The notes under the pieces are model-generated. The model saw nothing but the letters and a program-made list of their open reading frames with translations. It ran no database searches and was not told the origin of the DNA. From contig NC_087450.1 of assembly GCF_036321535.1 (NCBI RefSeq), positions 45,260,001 to 45,324,000 of the forward strand: a stretch of 64,000 nt of DNA. The letters run 5' to 3'. The translations under genes and the position numbers were made by a program. This DNA comes from Camelus dromedarius. Its lineage: Eukaryota. Shown here piece by piece: positions 21,946 to 35,180 of the stretch; position 1 is the first letter of the stretch, and each line of letters begins with the position of its first letter.

Positions 21946-22041
21946 CTCAATGGTCTGGCACACCTCCTCCATCTGTGTGATCACTGCTTGCACACGGTCA
22001 TTGCCTGCCACCAGCATTGCGATGCCATCACTGAGCTCACT
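21946..22041 (-). CDS. TRIM54: TRIM54 coiled-coil exon
   Basis: ggcag|AGT GAG CTC ... ATT GAG|gtgagc; [32 protein letters not shown]. Confidence 0.96.
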
Positions 22042-23499
22042 CTGCCACATACACAGGCCAGCAATTAGGGCTGGAGGACCTGGTCTAGAGCTTGCACCCC
22101 TACCACCCCAGCCAGGGCTGCTAAGAGAGGACTACCCCCTCTGCTCCACCATCAGAGCATCTTCAGGGCAGTTTTACAGCTATCTAGAGAGTTTGAAACC
22201 ATCCAAGAAGTATGAAAGCACATTCTATGGATTCTGGAAGGTGGTAGAGAGAGGAAGTCCTGCACCACCAAACGAGAAAGGAAGAGACATTCACCAAATA
22301 TCTACCAAATGCCAAGTACTGGGCTAGATGCTTTATCTGTAGATTCATGTCTTCCATCAGTTTTGAAAAATTCTTTGTGATTATCCATGAGGATAATATT
22401 GCCTCTTCTCCATTCTCTTTATTCTCTCATTCTGTGACTCTGATTAGATATATGTTAGACCTTCTCATCCGCAACCTTCTCATCTCCCAATGCTGTATTC
22501 TAGGTTATTTTTTCAGTCTTCTCTTCCTGAGAGAAATCTGTCATTTAATTCATCCTTTGAATGTTTTATTTCAACAATTATATGTTCATTTCTAAAAGTT
22601 CTATTTGGTTCTTTATTAAATCTGCATTTTTGATATAGTCTATTAATGCTCATTTTTAAATTCCATTTTTAAAGCATTTTATACACAGTGACTTTCAATT
22701 CTTTAATAATTCTAATATCTGAAATCTTTGGGTGTCTAAATCTATACTTTTTGTTTCTGCTGACTTCACTCATGAGTATATTTCTTTGTGTATCTTCAGT
22801 CATGGACTAATCTTTCATTGTTCTCAATCCAAGGAAAACCCAAGGCCTAAATGGAAAGTTTTTCCCTCCAGGCAGAATTTATATTTGCTTTTGTCAAAAG
22901 CCACGTGGCACAACTGACCACTTTAGGGATTCCTGGGATTCTAGTTTAACCTGGGATCCTTGGGTGGGTCTTCATTGCAGGTCCAACTTTTAGGATTTTG
23001 GAGGCACAGTCTCATCTCTCAAGTTCAGTAATAATTTGCCTTCAGGAAAATCCTGCCTTTTCTGTGCTTATCACTCAGGGTTCTGTTCTCAGCTAACTCC
23101 CCCTCCTCTTCTTCCCACCCCTCCCCTACTTGGAGATTTCCTTTACTCCTATGTGTGTACCAATTTTTAAATTATGTTTTATGTAGAACTTAGTCTTGTG
23201 ACAGTGAGATGGCCTTGATAGTACCTAGTCCACCACACTGAAGTCTCTGCTTGGATCCATTCCTCATTTTATCCTTACAACTCTCAGAAGGAAGCATTTT
23301 CATCCCCATTTTACAAGTGAGGAAAGTGAGGGCCAGAGAGGTCAAATGACTCACCCAAGGGCACACTGAGTCATGCATAGAGCTGGAACTTCAGCCCTGA
23401 TCTGCCTGCCTTTAAAACCAAGTGGAATAAGAGGCTGCAGTTTGAGACCCTGTCCTATGTCCCCACACCCACATGCCTACTAGCTTTGCTTCTTGATAC

Positions 23500-23671
23500 C
23501 TTCTGGCGTTTGTAAATGGTGGGCAGTGGGGCCACCTCACAGTCCTTGTGGGCACCAAAGACCTTGCAGAGTGAGCAGGTGGGGACTTCACAGTTCAGGC
23601 AGTAGATATTGATCTTCTCGTCTTCATGCTCCTCGCACATGAGGTGCTGCTCAGCCTTGGAGTGCAGTGGC
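23500..23671 (-). CDS. TRIM54: TRIM54 B-box exon
   Basis: ttccag|G CCA CTG ... CAG AAG|gtatca; [33 protein letters not shown]. Confidence 0.96.
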
Positions 23672-24202
23672 CTGGAAGGGGGCAGGCAAGGTGGCAGAAG
23701 GGTCAGGGGCCAGGCTGGTGGGGGCAAGAGTATGAGGCCCCATGAATGCCTTCTCTTCAGCCTCCACCAACCACCACCACCTTCTTTGCCTCCGCAGCTG
23801 GTGCTGTGGCTGGACAGGAGAGCAACTTCCACAGTGCTCTTCATTTGAGGAATAGAGCTATGGGGTAGAGAAGGCCTAGATCCAAGAGCAGTTTCTGTTC
23901 CAGGGGGCAGAGAAGGCCCACAGGGCAGGAGGTCATGGAGGGTTGGCAAGGACCTTGCTGGTGGACTGCCAGCCCCTCCCCATGTGGAGAGGGTGAAGCA
24001 CTGACCAGGAATCAGAGGCCACCTAAGTTGGGTGAGTTCCAAGCTGGGGGCAAGTCCCTCCTCCTTTCAGGGTCCAATCCTCTCATCACTAATCTGAAGA
24101 GTCAGGTTGGTCATTTCAGCCCCTCCCTTCTGGCCCTGATGGGCTCCCTGGCTGTGTCCCAGGCCCTGCACTTTAGAGAGACAAGAGGCCCTAACAGCTC
24201 AC

Positions 24203-24375
24203 CGGGAAGACTCCTGCTTGTAAATGTCGATAATGTTTTCCACTAGCAGGTTTCGCTGCAGGCCGTAGACGCCGTGTCGGTCCAGGACGACCTCATGCCT
24301 GCAAGATGGGCAGCGGAAACGACCTCCCGAAGACACGGTGGTGGAGCCCCGGGATTGCCACAGGGGGTTCGAGGC
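24203..24375 (-). CDS. TRIM54: TRIM54 exon 2 (RING C-terminal half and MFC)
   Basis: cacag|GCC TCG AAC ... TCC CG|gtgagc; [36 protein letters not shown]. Confidence 0.96.
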
Positions 24376-25554
24376 CTGTGGGACACAGAGAGTGAGAGAA
24401 CAGGCACAGTGAGTCATGGGGGAAATGGGACGACATAGGGGGAAGGTCAAGGGAGCTGTGGAACAGGAGAGGGGTGGAAGGGAGGCATCATCTCTTTTCT
24501 GTGGCTGGGTGCTCCTCTGAGAGCAACTCAGGGTGAGTGGCCATGGAGACATTTCTCAGCTTTGCCTCATTACTCGGCCCACCTCCTTAAGTGTCTCTGA
24601 TGTGCATTTAGAGCCTAGCTTTGATCAAGGCCTAGTAAGGGCACAATCTCCTCAAAGGGGCCCAGCTTGGAGCTCTGGGGAGACATTGACCTCAGCAGGA
24701 AGGCTGAGGTAGGAAATGGACTCAGTGGTGCAGCCAATGTCCTCCAGCCTGGGGCTCTCCTGTGCCATGTCTTGGGGAGATTCTCTGCAGCCCTAGACAG
24801 AGGCACAGAGACAAGTGCTGAATAATGGGGCAGGCACATCAAGCTGATTAATTCAGGGAAATCACTCCAGGGACTGGGAATCAGGAGTCTTGGGTTCTTG
24901 TGCTGCCCTGATGCTGCGCTATTATGTGAATTTGGGCAAGTATTCAACCTCTGTAAAATTAAGGACCAGATTGGATTATTCATTCCACCACAAATATTGA
25001 GTGCGTGCGGTAATTGGTAGGCTCCGGGGATAAGATAAGAATAAGTACCTCCCTGCCCTAAGGAAGAGCAAACTGACAACCACATCCAGTGGGCTGGGTG
25101 TTGTAACAGGAGGAAGCTCAGAAGGAAGACTTAGCAGAGATGCTCACCTTTCCTCCCACTTACACCTCATAGAGAACTTGTTCCACCCCAACCTATAAAG
25201 GAAAGCCCTACTGTGACCCAAGCCACAGACGGCTGGTTCAGAATTGAGGAGGTGATCACCTGATCCAACAGGACCAATCAAATTTTCCCTCTGAGAACTT
25301 GGAATCAAGACCCAGAGGCTGAGTCTGATCATGTGTGGCTTTAGAACTGAAATATGCTTTGTGGAGTTGGGACAAGAGCTGACATTGTGGCCAGTCTGTG
25401 TAAGCAGAAGTAGAAAGTGTGAGGGGTCAGACACTGTGAACAGAGAAGGCTGGTCAGCAGGAAGAGAAAGGGTCAATTTGGGGAGAGCCACAGAGATGAA
25501 AGACCAGTGGAGACAGCTTGTTGTTTCTTGACATTCCCCCCTTCTCCTTTTCCT

Positions 25555-25970
25555 TCTTCAACAATAGAGCCCCTGAAGTTTTAGCAAGACACAGGGAATA
25601 AAGACCATGTGTCCAAGCCTCCCTTCCCGGCGGGTGTGACCAAATGACTGCGTTCTGGCCAGTGGGATATACATAGAAATGTGCTGTGCAATTTCTAGGA
25701 AGTATCTTGGGATGGGCATGCCCTATTTCTCCTCTTTTCTCCTTCCTGCTGTCTAGAATGAAGATGGAATGGCTTAGGCTGAAGCAGCCATCTTGAACCA
25801 TGAGGTAGCCACATGTTGAGAATGGCAATGAGATAAAAAGAGTGAGTCTCTGATGAGGTTGTCCAGGACTGCCTATCCACACTTTAACTTGTGAGAAAAA
25901 ACAAAGTTTTACCTTCTTGAAGCCATTATTATTTTTGGTTTTTTGCCACTTACAGCTGAACCTAATACTA
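25555..25970 (+). mobile_element. Old MaLR (MLT1-family) LTR
   Basis: gtgtgaccaaatgactgcgttctggccagtgggatat..gcagccatcttgaaccatgagg..gtgagaaaaaacaaag..aagccatt..acagctgaacctaatac, an MLT1-type profile. Confidence 0.6.
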
Positions 25971-28589
25971 AGTGGATGGAAGACTATTCACTCCTGGAGA
26001 GTAATGGAGAGCATAGTCACCTGTGACTTTGTACATTTAGGTGTATTTCCTACAGTTGGGTTCCCTGAAATTCTCTCAATCCTTATGCTATACATCAGGT
26101 GGTAAGGGCCGGGAGCAGAGGGTTGTACCTCTGCCTTCTTCACACTTCCGTCAAGGGCTGGTGCTGCTCCCTGGAGCAGCTGTCATGGCTGAGCACAGCT
26201 TTGTCATTCATCCTTGGGTCCTAGAGTCCCCTCCCTCTTCCAAGCTCAACTCCTCCTGTCATATTCTATCTCTGGCTGGCTTTCCTCCTAACCTCTGGGA
26301 TACACTTTCCTTTCTGTGTTTGCTTCAGTGATGTTTCTCCCATCCAACTCCACATGCCACTTCCTTTGCTAGTCCCAGGCATGTATGTATGTATATATAC
26401 ACACGGGTGTGTGTTATATACACATATGTACGTATATGTAATATATATGACCTTTGTTACTAGGGTTAAATTTGGATAGTAATAAAATAGTTAAGTTTAC
26501 CCTTTGGATCTTCTGGGCCCTCTAACTCATGGTACAACACTCATGTTGCTTAGAGGCCTCACTGTGCTGCCCATGTGCTCACCATTTCCCAAAATACGGT
26601 ACACATACTGATGACAAGCATGAAGACTTTCAGTGGTATAAGGATGGACATTTAAACTTTTTATGTGTTTATTTTAATGTATTTTAGAAAAAAAAGCAGC
26701 CTATAAAAAGTGATTTTTTCATGGATTTTGTCATGTAGAATGGTAATATTTAAGCTCTAAAAGTGAGTTCTTTTAGATGAAAATATTCAATGATAGTACA
26801 GGTGGTACATAGCTATGGCAAAAATCAGGAAGGGGAAATCAAAATGAAGTTTGGGAAGTTTGCTCCAAGTCTTTCCTGACTCCCTTCCCGTATCAAAACA
26901 TGTGTGTCTTGTGTCCCAAACCTTTTGCTGGACGGCTATCATGAAAAAGTCATCTGTACCGGTGGATAAAATTGTTATCCCTTCTTGATAACGTCCCTTA
27001 ACAGAAGGCATTCAAGGCAGCATGATATAGGGAAAGTACCACTGGTTTGAAGGTCTCTTTTGGGATTTGCCATTTATGACCTTGGGAAAATAATTCTCTC
27101 AGGGCTCAGATTCCCTCAGATCTAAAAAGAGGCTTTGTACTTAGCACTCAGGCTGACGTTCTGTGTGCAATGAGCCTTAATTGATATATTTATGATAAGA
27201 ATACTGACCAATGTGTATTTGCCTGTGGGATGGGGGAAAGGGAGTTGGTGGTTTTTATGACCAACTTCTCCTCTCATACCATGCAGGCCACCATCTCCCT
27301 CTCTCTAACTTTCTGACTTCTGTGGTCCAGTATCTCACAAGTTTGTGCCTCCCCCGATCTGTCCCTGGAGCGCCCTCTTCCTGACTGATGTCAGCAGTTT
27401 CTGAAATCCCATCTCCTCTGAAATAGCTTTAGTACTTTTAGATGGTTCTAGATGGCTTAAATGTAGATTTATACATTCTACAATTTGTGTTATCTGTGAG
27501 GTTTAAATTTTACATAATATACCTGTATTATTTTTGCAATCAGAATAAACAATAAAATTGTTTTTTCAGATAGTTAACGTGCTAGTCATTTAATCATAAA
27601 GATTAAATGAGTTATTACAGTTGAATTATTATGCAACTATCTTAACAGTTCTTAACATGGGGAGAGATTTGTGAAAAAAACAGGACATATGTTTATAGAG
27701 ACAGTGGTATCCCCAATTTTCAATGGGTGATGGAGTTTACAGGGTTTAAGATTTTCTTCTTTTAGTCATCTACATTTCCCAAATTTCTCTGTATAGCCCA
27801 CGAATTACTTTATAAAGTGCATAAAATAAAAATTAAATATTTTTGTAATAATTTCCATTGGGTGATAGAATTGTGGGTGATCTTCTCCTTTTTTTTTTGT
27901 TTTAATATAGTTTCCAAACTTTGTAAAAGGACTTTGGGGTTTGAGGGGGAAAAAAAACTTTACTTTCTGAAAATGCAATGCTCAGTCCTGCCATGAATGA
28001 AAAGGGGGCGCTAGAGTGCCAGAAGCGTTAACGAGAGAAAACAGTACTTAGGAGGCCTGTAAAGAACTATGCTGGTTCAAGGGGGAAGATGTTTAAGAAG
28101 TTACCATTTGAAGACAGAATAGACAGCATGAGGCCACAGGGACTACAGGAGTTTAGGTTACAGTCAGAGGAGTCATGAGGGGAAGCTAGAAAGGTGGGTT
28201 TTTACCATGAAGGGCTTTTTTTTTTCATTTGTGGTAAAATCATGGAGGGCTTTGAATCCAAGGGTAAAGATCGAAACAATTTTGTAGGCAAGGTTTCTAA
28301 ACTGCGAGAGGAAAAAGAGAAAATTGGAGTGAATATTAATCTAACAGAAGTGATCTGGATACATGAGAGGGGAAAGATAGGCTAAAGGCATAGATCAGAA
28401 GCAAGGGCCACAGTCAGTGCAAGTCACAGGCCTACAATCAGGCAGAGGCAGCAATCCTGCAAAGACTAGGGGTGCCAGAGGTGGAATATGCCCTATCACT
28501 TGGATGTGGCTGGGCTGTGGGGAGAGGAGGGAGCCAAAGGCAATTTTGGCATTTCAAGCCTGGATGCTTGGGAAGATGCTGGTCATACA

Positions 28590-29710
28590 GGAGAACTTAA
28601 CTTGGGGACCGCAGCCCCCAAAAGACCTGTGACTAGAGTTCAGAGGGTTCTGTGAATCTGGATGGGGAAGAAATTACATCTTCATTTTCACTAACATCTA
28701 GCAGAAATTGAGTGCTTTCCCCAAGTATGAAGGTAGGCAACAAACCACATAGGTTTAGTAGTACCTGTGACTTTGTCACCAACAGAAATCACAGCCATTT
28801 TCATATCACATTACAGTTGTTGATCAAATCTCCAAAAACAATTTACACTTATCACTACTTCTAAATTATAGTAATCAGGCCCACTGTTTCATCTCATTAT
28901 TTAATGTGTTCATCGAGAAACACATATATTACCCTATCAAACATGTTCTAATTATTTTGGTAATTATATTCCAGTGTTTCTCAAGCTTTTTTTCACTCCT
29001 GCACCTTCTAAGAGTGTTTTAGACACTTTTTGCCCTATATGGCTAACCCCCCCCCAAATAAATTTTAATACCACAAATCTAAAAATGTCAAACTCACAGA
29101 AGCAGAGAGTAGAAAGGTGGTTGCCAGGGGCTGGGAGATGTTGGTTACAGGACACAAACTTTCAGTTATGTAATCAGTAAGTTCTGGGGACCTGATATAT
29201 AGCATGATGACTATAGTTAATAATACTATGTTGTATATATTTGGCACTTGCTAAGAGAGCTGTAGACCCCACCCCACCCCCACACACGAGAAACTATGTG
29301 AGGTGATGGATGTCTTAACCAGCTTGATGTGTGGTAATCATTGTACAGTGTACTCATACATCAAATCATCATATTGTATAACTTAAATATATATAATTGT
29401 CAATTATACCTCAATAAAGCTGGGGGACATTTTTTACATGAACACGAAACATAAATAAAAATTAAAAAGTAAAATCACAATAAAAATTTTAAATACCACT
29501 GATATACTCGAGGTAATATCAGCCCCACTGAGAACGCATAAGAACGCACACTGTGTTCTAATGCAGTCGGCTTTCTTTATAGTCATATGTATTATGTTTT
29601 ATGCATTTAAAAACACTGTACTTAAAAAAAAACCACACACACATTGTCCCTAGAAAGGATCCATAGGCTTTACAAACTGACAAGGAGGTCTATGGCACAA
29701 AAAGAGATTA
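28590..29710. mobile_element. Nested hAT-Charlie relics interrupted by an L1 3' end (29075-29430, +)
   Basis: hAT-like sequence 28590-28965 resumes at ~29570-29710; L1MA/MB-type 3' UTR ending caataaagctggggg; near-duplicated aaattttaataccac at 29060-29074 and 29484-29499. Confidence 0.6.
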
Positions 29711-32700
29711 CTTCCTGCCCTGATGGTGAGTCCCTACATGGTCTCATCACAAACAGGGATTTTATACTCTCTGGTGCAGACGGCAACTTCCTTAATACAT
29801 CTCCATAGCTGAGAGTCCCGACCTTGGGCTGAAGATTTCTCAGCTGACAATATCCGGTTAGCAAAACCTATCTTCTGCTACTGTTTATCTTTCTATTTCA
29901 AGACTAAGCAGTAACTGATTGGCTCTATTGTACACATAAGTGTCTGTGTTCTTTCCTTAAATCTTGCAGTTACACAAGGGAGCCAGCCCCATAAAGTAAA
30001 ATTTCATGGGTCAGTAATGTGATGTGTGGAGAAAATCCCATCACTCAAAAAACAGAACACCTAGACTTATGTCCCTGCTCTGTCCCTCTGGGTGACTGTA
30101 AACTGTTTCCTGTGTTCTCCCCTGCAAAATGGAAATGACATCGATTCTAACTCAAATGGAATCATGCACGAGGAGGTACTCTGTAAATTATAAAGCACTG
30201 TGCAGGGGGTTATTAACAACCCTAATCTAGACCTTACAAATACATGACCACACAGAGCTGCAGAACATAAATAACTGTTCTTTCTTAACTGTGAAGGATA
30301 AAATGGAATGGAATAAACACATGGAATTTAATTCTAGGCCATGTTCAGGACTTTTCTTTGGCACACATGCCATGAGCTGTCTCTCTTTTAGGCTATATGG
30401 TGCTATTTCCTTCATAATGGTCCATAGCATCCAGTAGAAATGTTCCATCTAGAAAGATGCTCTGTGAATGCAGTTCCTCTATCAAATCTGTACTTATCTC
30501 AGAATGTTCTCCCTCTTTCCTGGCTACCCACAGTGATGCAGATTTGCGATACTGGCCCAGGATGCAAGGGCAAGTTTCTGGAGGCTATCTCCCGACAACT
30601 GATGGCCTGGCCAAGGATGAATAGTGGCCATGCAGGTCCTCTGAGCCAGATCCTCAGCATATACTGGGGAAACTGTGGGGAGATGGTGATGGAAGACCAG
30701 ACATTTGGAGAAAAGTGTAAAAGCCTTAGAAGAATCTAGGTGCGGCAAAAGCTGAGCTGTGGGTGGGAGAGGGACTTTGGGCAGAGGGCTAGCTCTGCCT
30801 GACAGGCCAGGCACTGAGCGTGACATAGGGGTTTGTGCAAGGAGGCTGGCTGAGAGGACTGGTGAGCAGAAGCATGAGCTAAAGGTCGAACTAGAGACAG
30901 AATGCAAAGCCCTTCAACAATGGCAATCCATAATGATATTTCTCGAATTTGTGAAATCAGATTGTTAGAATTACAAGGACGTTAAAGAGCAATTTAAAAC
31001 ATCCTTTTCACCGGTATGTGTGTCAACAACAGGCTTGAAGAGGTGAAAACTGCCCGGTTTAGATCACATGGCAAATTAAAGAAGAAACTGGTGGGACTAG
31101 AGCCCAGGAAGGCCGAGCCTCCCTCTACGATCTTGTTTCCCACTAAACCCAGCTTTTTCCCTAAAGTAAGGAAGATCTCTAACCCTGCTACAAGGTTAAC
31201 ACAAGTCACAAAATTTTAACAGCCCAATTTCTCCTAGGAGGAGACCTGCTCAAGGCTGGGTTGGGAAGGGGACGTCCCGGTGCCTTTGGAAGCAGGCGGA
31301 AGCGGCCGGGGAGGCGGGCTGTGTAGGGTTTCACTGGCTGGCCTGTACGTGACGACAGCAGATCCTACCAGTTAGCCCAGAAAGAACTGGAATTTGGGAT
31401 GAAGTGAAAAGGGCCATCTCTTTCCCAGACTGCCCTTTATTAGAGGAGGATGCCCCTTTCTTGCTACTTCCATCTCTGCACACCTCTCCCTCAATGGACA
31501 CCCTCCAGAAGAGCTGTTTCTGAACAACATCCTTACAAGGCCTTCTGCTTGCCTGTTCGGTTACAACAGGTTGCAGCTCAAAACAAGTGCCCACAGGGAA
31601 GCGGGGGCAGGTTTAAAAATAAACTGAAGGCTGTTTTAAAGGAGTTTAGGAGTGAACAGAGTTTATAGATTCGGAAACACATGGGAAGATGTTTGTGTCA
31701 AATTCCCACACTGACAGCTTTCCTCTAGTCAAAATGCCTGGTAGCTGAGTGGGTGCAAGTGTGCGAAAGAGAGAAATGAGAGGGGGTTAACGTGGTGTTT
31801 TGGTGTTTTGTTCTGTTTAAATTCAGAGGGAGAGAGAGCGCAGTGTATTACAGCTCTAAAGAGAGCTAGTTAAATTGTGATGGCAACTATGTAAAAATAT
31901 ATGTGGTGACAAGGGCTTGAAAGTAATCTGCAAACATGAAAATAATTGTGTTGGGGGAGGTCTGAGTATGGATGATTTCCTCCCAAACCCCCAGTGCTGT
32001 TCAACATTTTCAATGAAATATTTTAACTTTTCACAATTTGCTTCCTGGCTCCCTAGTTAACCTGATGTCTTAAAACCAAAATTCCCTCAAATTCTTGTTT
32101 GTTGTTCCTCATAGCGGGTTTCAGGACAGCAAGACACTGGACACCATCCAAATCTTTCACAGGACTGATTAAATAGACTGTGGCCCAATCATAATAATGG
32201 GACACTATGCAGCCATTAAAAAGGAAGATGTGGGTCTGAATGTGTGGGTATGGAACAACAGCACAGAGAGTGAACAAAGGCAGGTATATGGTGAGTCTAG
32301 TTTAAATACGTGTGTGTGAGTGTGTGTTATACTGGTATCACTTTTCTAAGTCCTGTGAACTTTCTAGGCAATGTTCTAAGGGTGTTCTTCCTAAGTAGTT
32401 TTAAGATAGAGAAACTGCAAATCCTATTCTTGTCCCCATACTTAGAAAACAGACAATCTGATTATGCCTAGAGTTGTCAAAATGTGGAGGCAATGTGTGA
32501 AAAAACTAAATCTGCTCATCTTTCAGAGGGAGATCTACTGAGATGTATATATACATAAGTGCAGCTGAAGAACTGGGTCAGCCTCCCACCAGGCCGTCCC
32601 AAATAAAGCAGCAAGGAAATGAGCTGTTCACTCCTCTCTCTTTGGAAGGTCCAGGGGTACCATGCACTTTAAAAGATACACATCAGTACAGATCCACAGA

Positions 32701-34527
32701 ACCGTCTCCAAGCCCTGGGAATCATATTATCTCCCCAATATTCTGCACAGGGTTTGACCCAAACAATTCCCAGGTCTCTCTGGGCCCAGGTCAGTATTCT
32801 AGAGCTTCAAGGAACCAAAGCAATGTGCCTGGATACAGAGGACTGACTTGAACAAGGGAGGTCACTTAAACATCCTCCAGTCTCCATATATAGGACCCAT
32901 CCCTGGGTCCCTCTGCCCAGTGATACTGTGTGTTGTGCACTTTAATATTCTGGCTGTCCCTTTTTGAAAAATAGAACATGATACCTTCACTTTCAAGACT
33001 TCTCTTTCCTTTCACATACTTCCAGCTCTAATGAAAGGATGTTTCACTACAAATTCATAAGAAGGGATGGCAAAATCTTTTTGTCATTCCCTCCTAGGCA
33101 TCTCAGCCTGAAAGAAAAAGTTCAGGGTTACTCAGACCAAGGGAAACACCAAGATGGTGGGCAAGGTGTAGCTTCTTATACATGACCTGACGCCCAGGAT
33201 GAGCAGACATGGCCATCAGTCCAGACCCCCAGAGAGGAAAAATCACTGGCTCTGAGGGTCTCTGGAGCCAAAAATGGCAGGTTTGGACATTCTGAGGAAA
33301 AGGAGATGGGAATGGGCCTCGTTGGGAAGATGGCAGGAAAGACCATGGGGCTCAGCGCTCAGTGAAGACGGGAGACAGCAGACAGAGGGTGGGATGCGGG
33401 GCACAGCTGTGGGATGGCCTGAATTAGCCAGCCCAGTATTTTCCCCCAAATGTGCTGTCTCCAAAGAACTTAAAAAGGAAGCATTTTCTTAGTTTAAAAA
33501 TCACTGGGTTCAACACATCTCATAATTTCTGATACAGATGAAGAGTATGTGTTCATGATGTTCCTTATCGCTGCCATGCCTACCAAGGCAGCCAGCTCTG
33601 TTCTATTCTAAGTTTTTACTTCATTTGGAAGGACTTTGTGTGTGCATGTGTGCGTGCGCGCATGCGTGTGTGCTGTTACCCCTCACTTGACCTGATCTTT
33701 GTTCCATTTTATAGATTACTAGAACCTACACCAATGGCATAGGGCAAGAAAGAAAGCCCATTTACAGAAACCCTTCTGGTATGTGCTGCTTTCATTTTTG
33801 AAACCAGTAGCTAAAATGATATCTGTGAATTTGATGAGCTATGCTTTGTTTGCCCCACAACCACACAAAACCCAAAACTGGTTACATTTCTGGGAAGCAA
33901 AATTTCTTCTCTGCCTTCTCCCTGATTAAGTGACCTCAGTCCCTTTAACCAGCAAGCTTCCTTTACTGAACAATCTGGAGTGGGGTGCAAGTGTGAACTT
34001 CAGTTGGGGGAGAATTCCCAGTCTCCTGCCCACTATCTAACTCTGCCCCCTAAAGAAGGATGCATTCCAGCCTTGCTTTAAATATGAATAGTTTCACTGT
34101 CATTATGGACCTTTCCCAACAGAGTTTATTTTTTAATGTTTCATTATCTCATTGCTATTTTCCCCAGACTTTCCATATCATTCTCGAAATCTTAAACTCC
34201 AAACTGGAATGCAGGGTCTAGCACGGACTGTCACACAGCCTGGGGTAGGATTACTTCCTTCCCGGTGTCTATGGGGGTCTTCTGTCCTCTGTAGATGCCA
34301 GCATTCCGGCTGCTATCCATGCACAGGCTGTACTCGCCAGCCTGCAGAGCAGCTGCTGACTCATGCTTACTTTGGAGTCTGCTAGGACCCCCAGCTCGTC
34401 TGCCCTTCAGACAGGACAGCACCACCCACGTCATAGAGCGCTCCACCCATCACCTGCTGGGGGCTCAGCGCCCACCTGATGAGAAGCCTCCCACAAGTCT
34501 GCACTACATCTCCTGGCCCCGGCCTAC

Positions 34528-34579
34528 CTGGAAGACGTCATTGGCACACTTGCGGCACAGGTTGTGCTGGCAGGGTAGG
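34528..34579 (-). CDS. TRIM54: TRIM54 exon 1, visible 3' part (start codon inside N gap)
   Basis: LPCQHNLCRKCANDVFQ|gtaggc; about 116 further coding nt are expected in the 132-N gap. Confidence 0.9.
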
Positions 34580-34711
34580 NNNNNNNNNNNNNNNNNNNNN
34601 NNNNNNNNNNNNNNNNNNNNNNNNNNNNNNNNNNNNNNNNNNNNNNNNNNNNNNNNNNNNNNNNNNNNNNNNNNNNNNNNNNNNNNNNNNNNNNNNNNNN
34701 NNNNNNNNNNN
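34580..34711. other. Assembly gap, 132 N
   Basis: Run of N. Confidence 0.99.
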
Positions 34712-35068
34712 CCTACCCTGGCCTTGGCCCTGGTCCTGGCCTTCTCTCACTGCCCCTGGACCCTTCCTCGTTTACTTCGGACAGTCTGGGGGTTCTTGTG
34801 TTCCCTTCTGTTGCTCACTCCTGAAATAGCTCTGCTATCTTTCCTGTCCCTTCCTCTAACAATTCGCCTCGTCCTTAGATGGCTGTTTTCAGACACTTCT
34901 CTGTCTCTCGTTACTCTTTGTCCTGCACCCTGGCCAGGCACATGGAGCTTTTCCTATCCTTCCCTCCCTGAATGGCTTGGTCCCTGGAAATTTCTTCTTC
35001 TGTTTCCCAAACGTCTCTTGGTCACTCTCTGGGCAGCACTGTTTGTCTCGCACTCCCCAGAGAGGAGA

Positions 35069-35180
35069 TTAATTTTAACGTGGGGGTGGGGAACAAGGGG
35101 CATCTGTGGGACATTCCAATTCCCAATTTAGCTCATGTAAGGCGAGCCACAGTTGTCACTGAGTGAGTGACCCTGACTCA
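35069..35180 (-). promoter_or_regulatory. TRIM54: TRIM54 proximal promoter module: MEF2-type A/T site, E-boxes, AP-1
   Basis: TTAATTTTAA 35069-35078 fits YTA(W)4TAR; CATCTG 35101-35106; TGACTCA 35174-35180. Confidence 0.55.

Noticed and set aside
27995-28014. AGGGGGCGCTAG CTCF half-match
   Set aside because: The 5' part of the core (CCASY) is absent.
30759-31219. Two adjacent short ORFs that might be a processed pseudogene
   Set aside because: No protein recognised, no polyA tail or TSD; only a BLAST search could rescue it.
34295-35131. 278-aa ORF and other ORFs spanning N runs (also 46505-46772, 54495-55236)
   Set aside because: Artefacts of translating N as X; stops are hidden.
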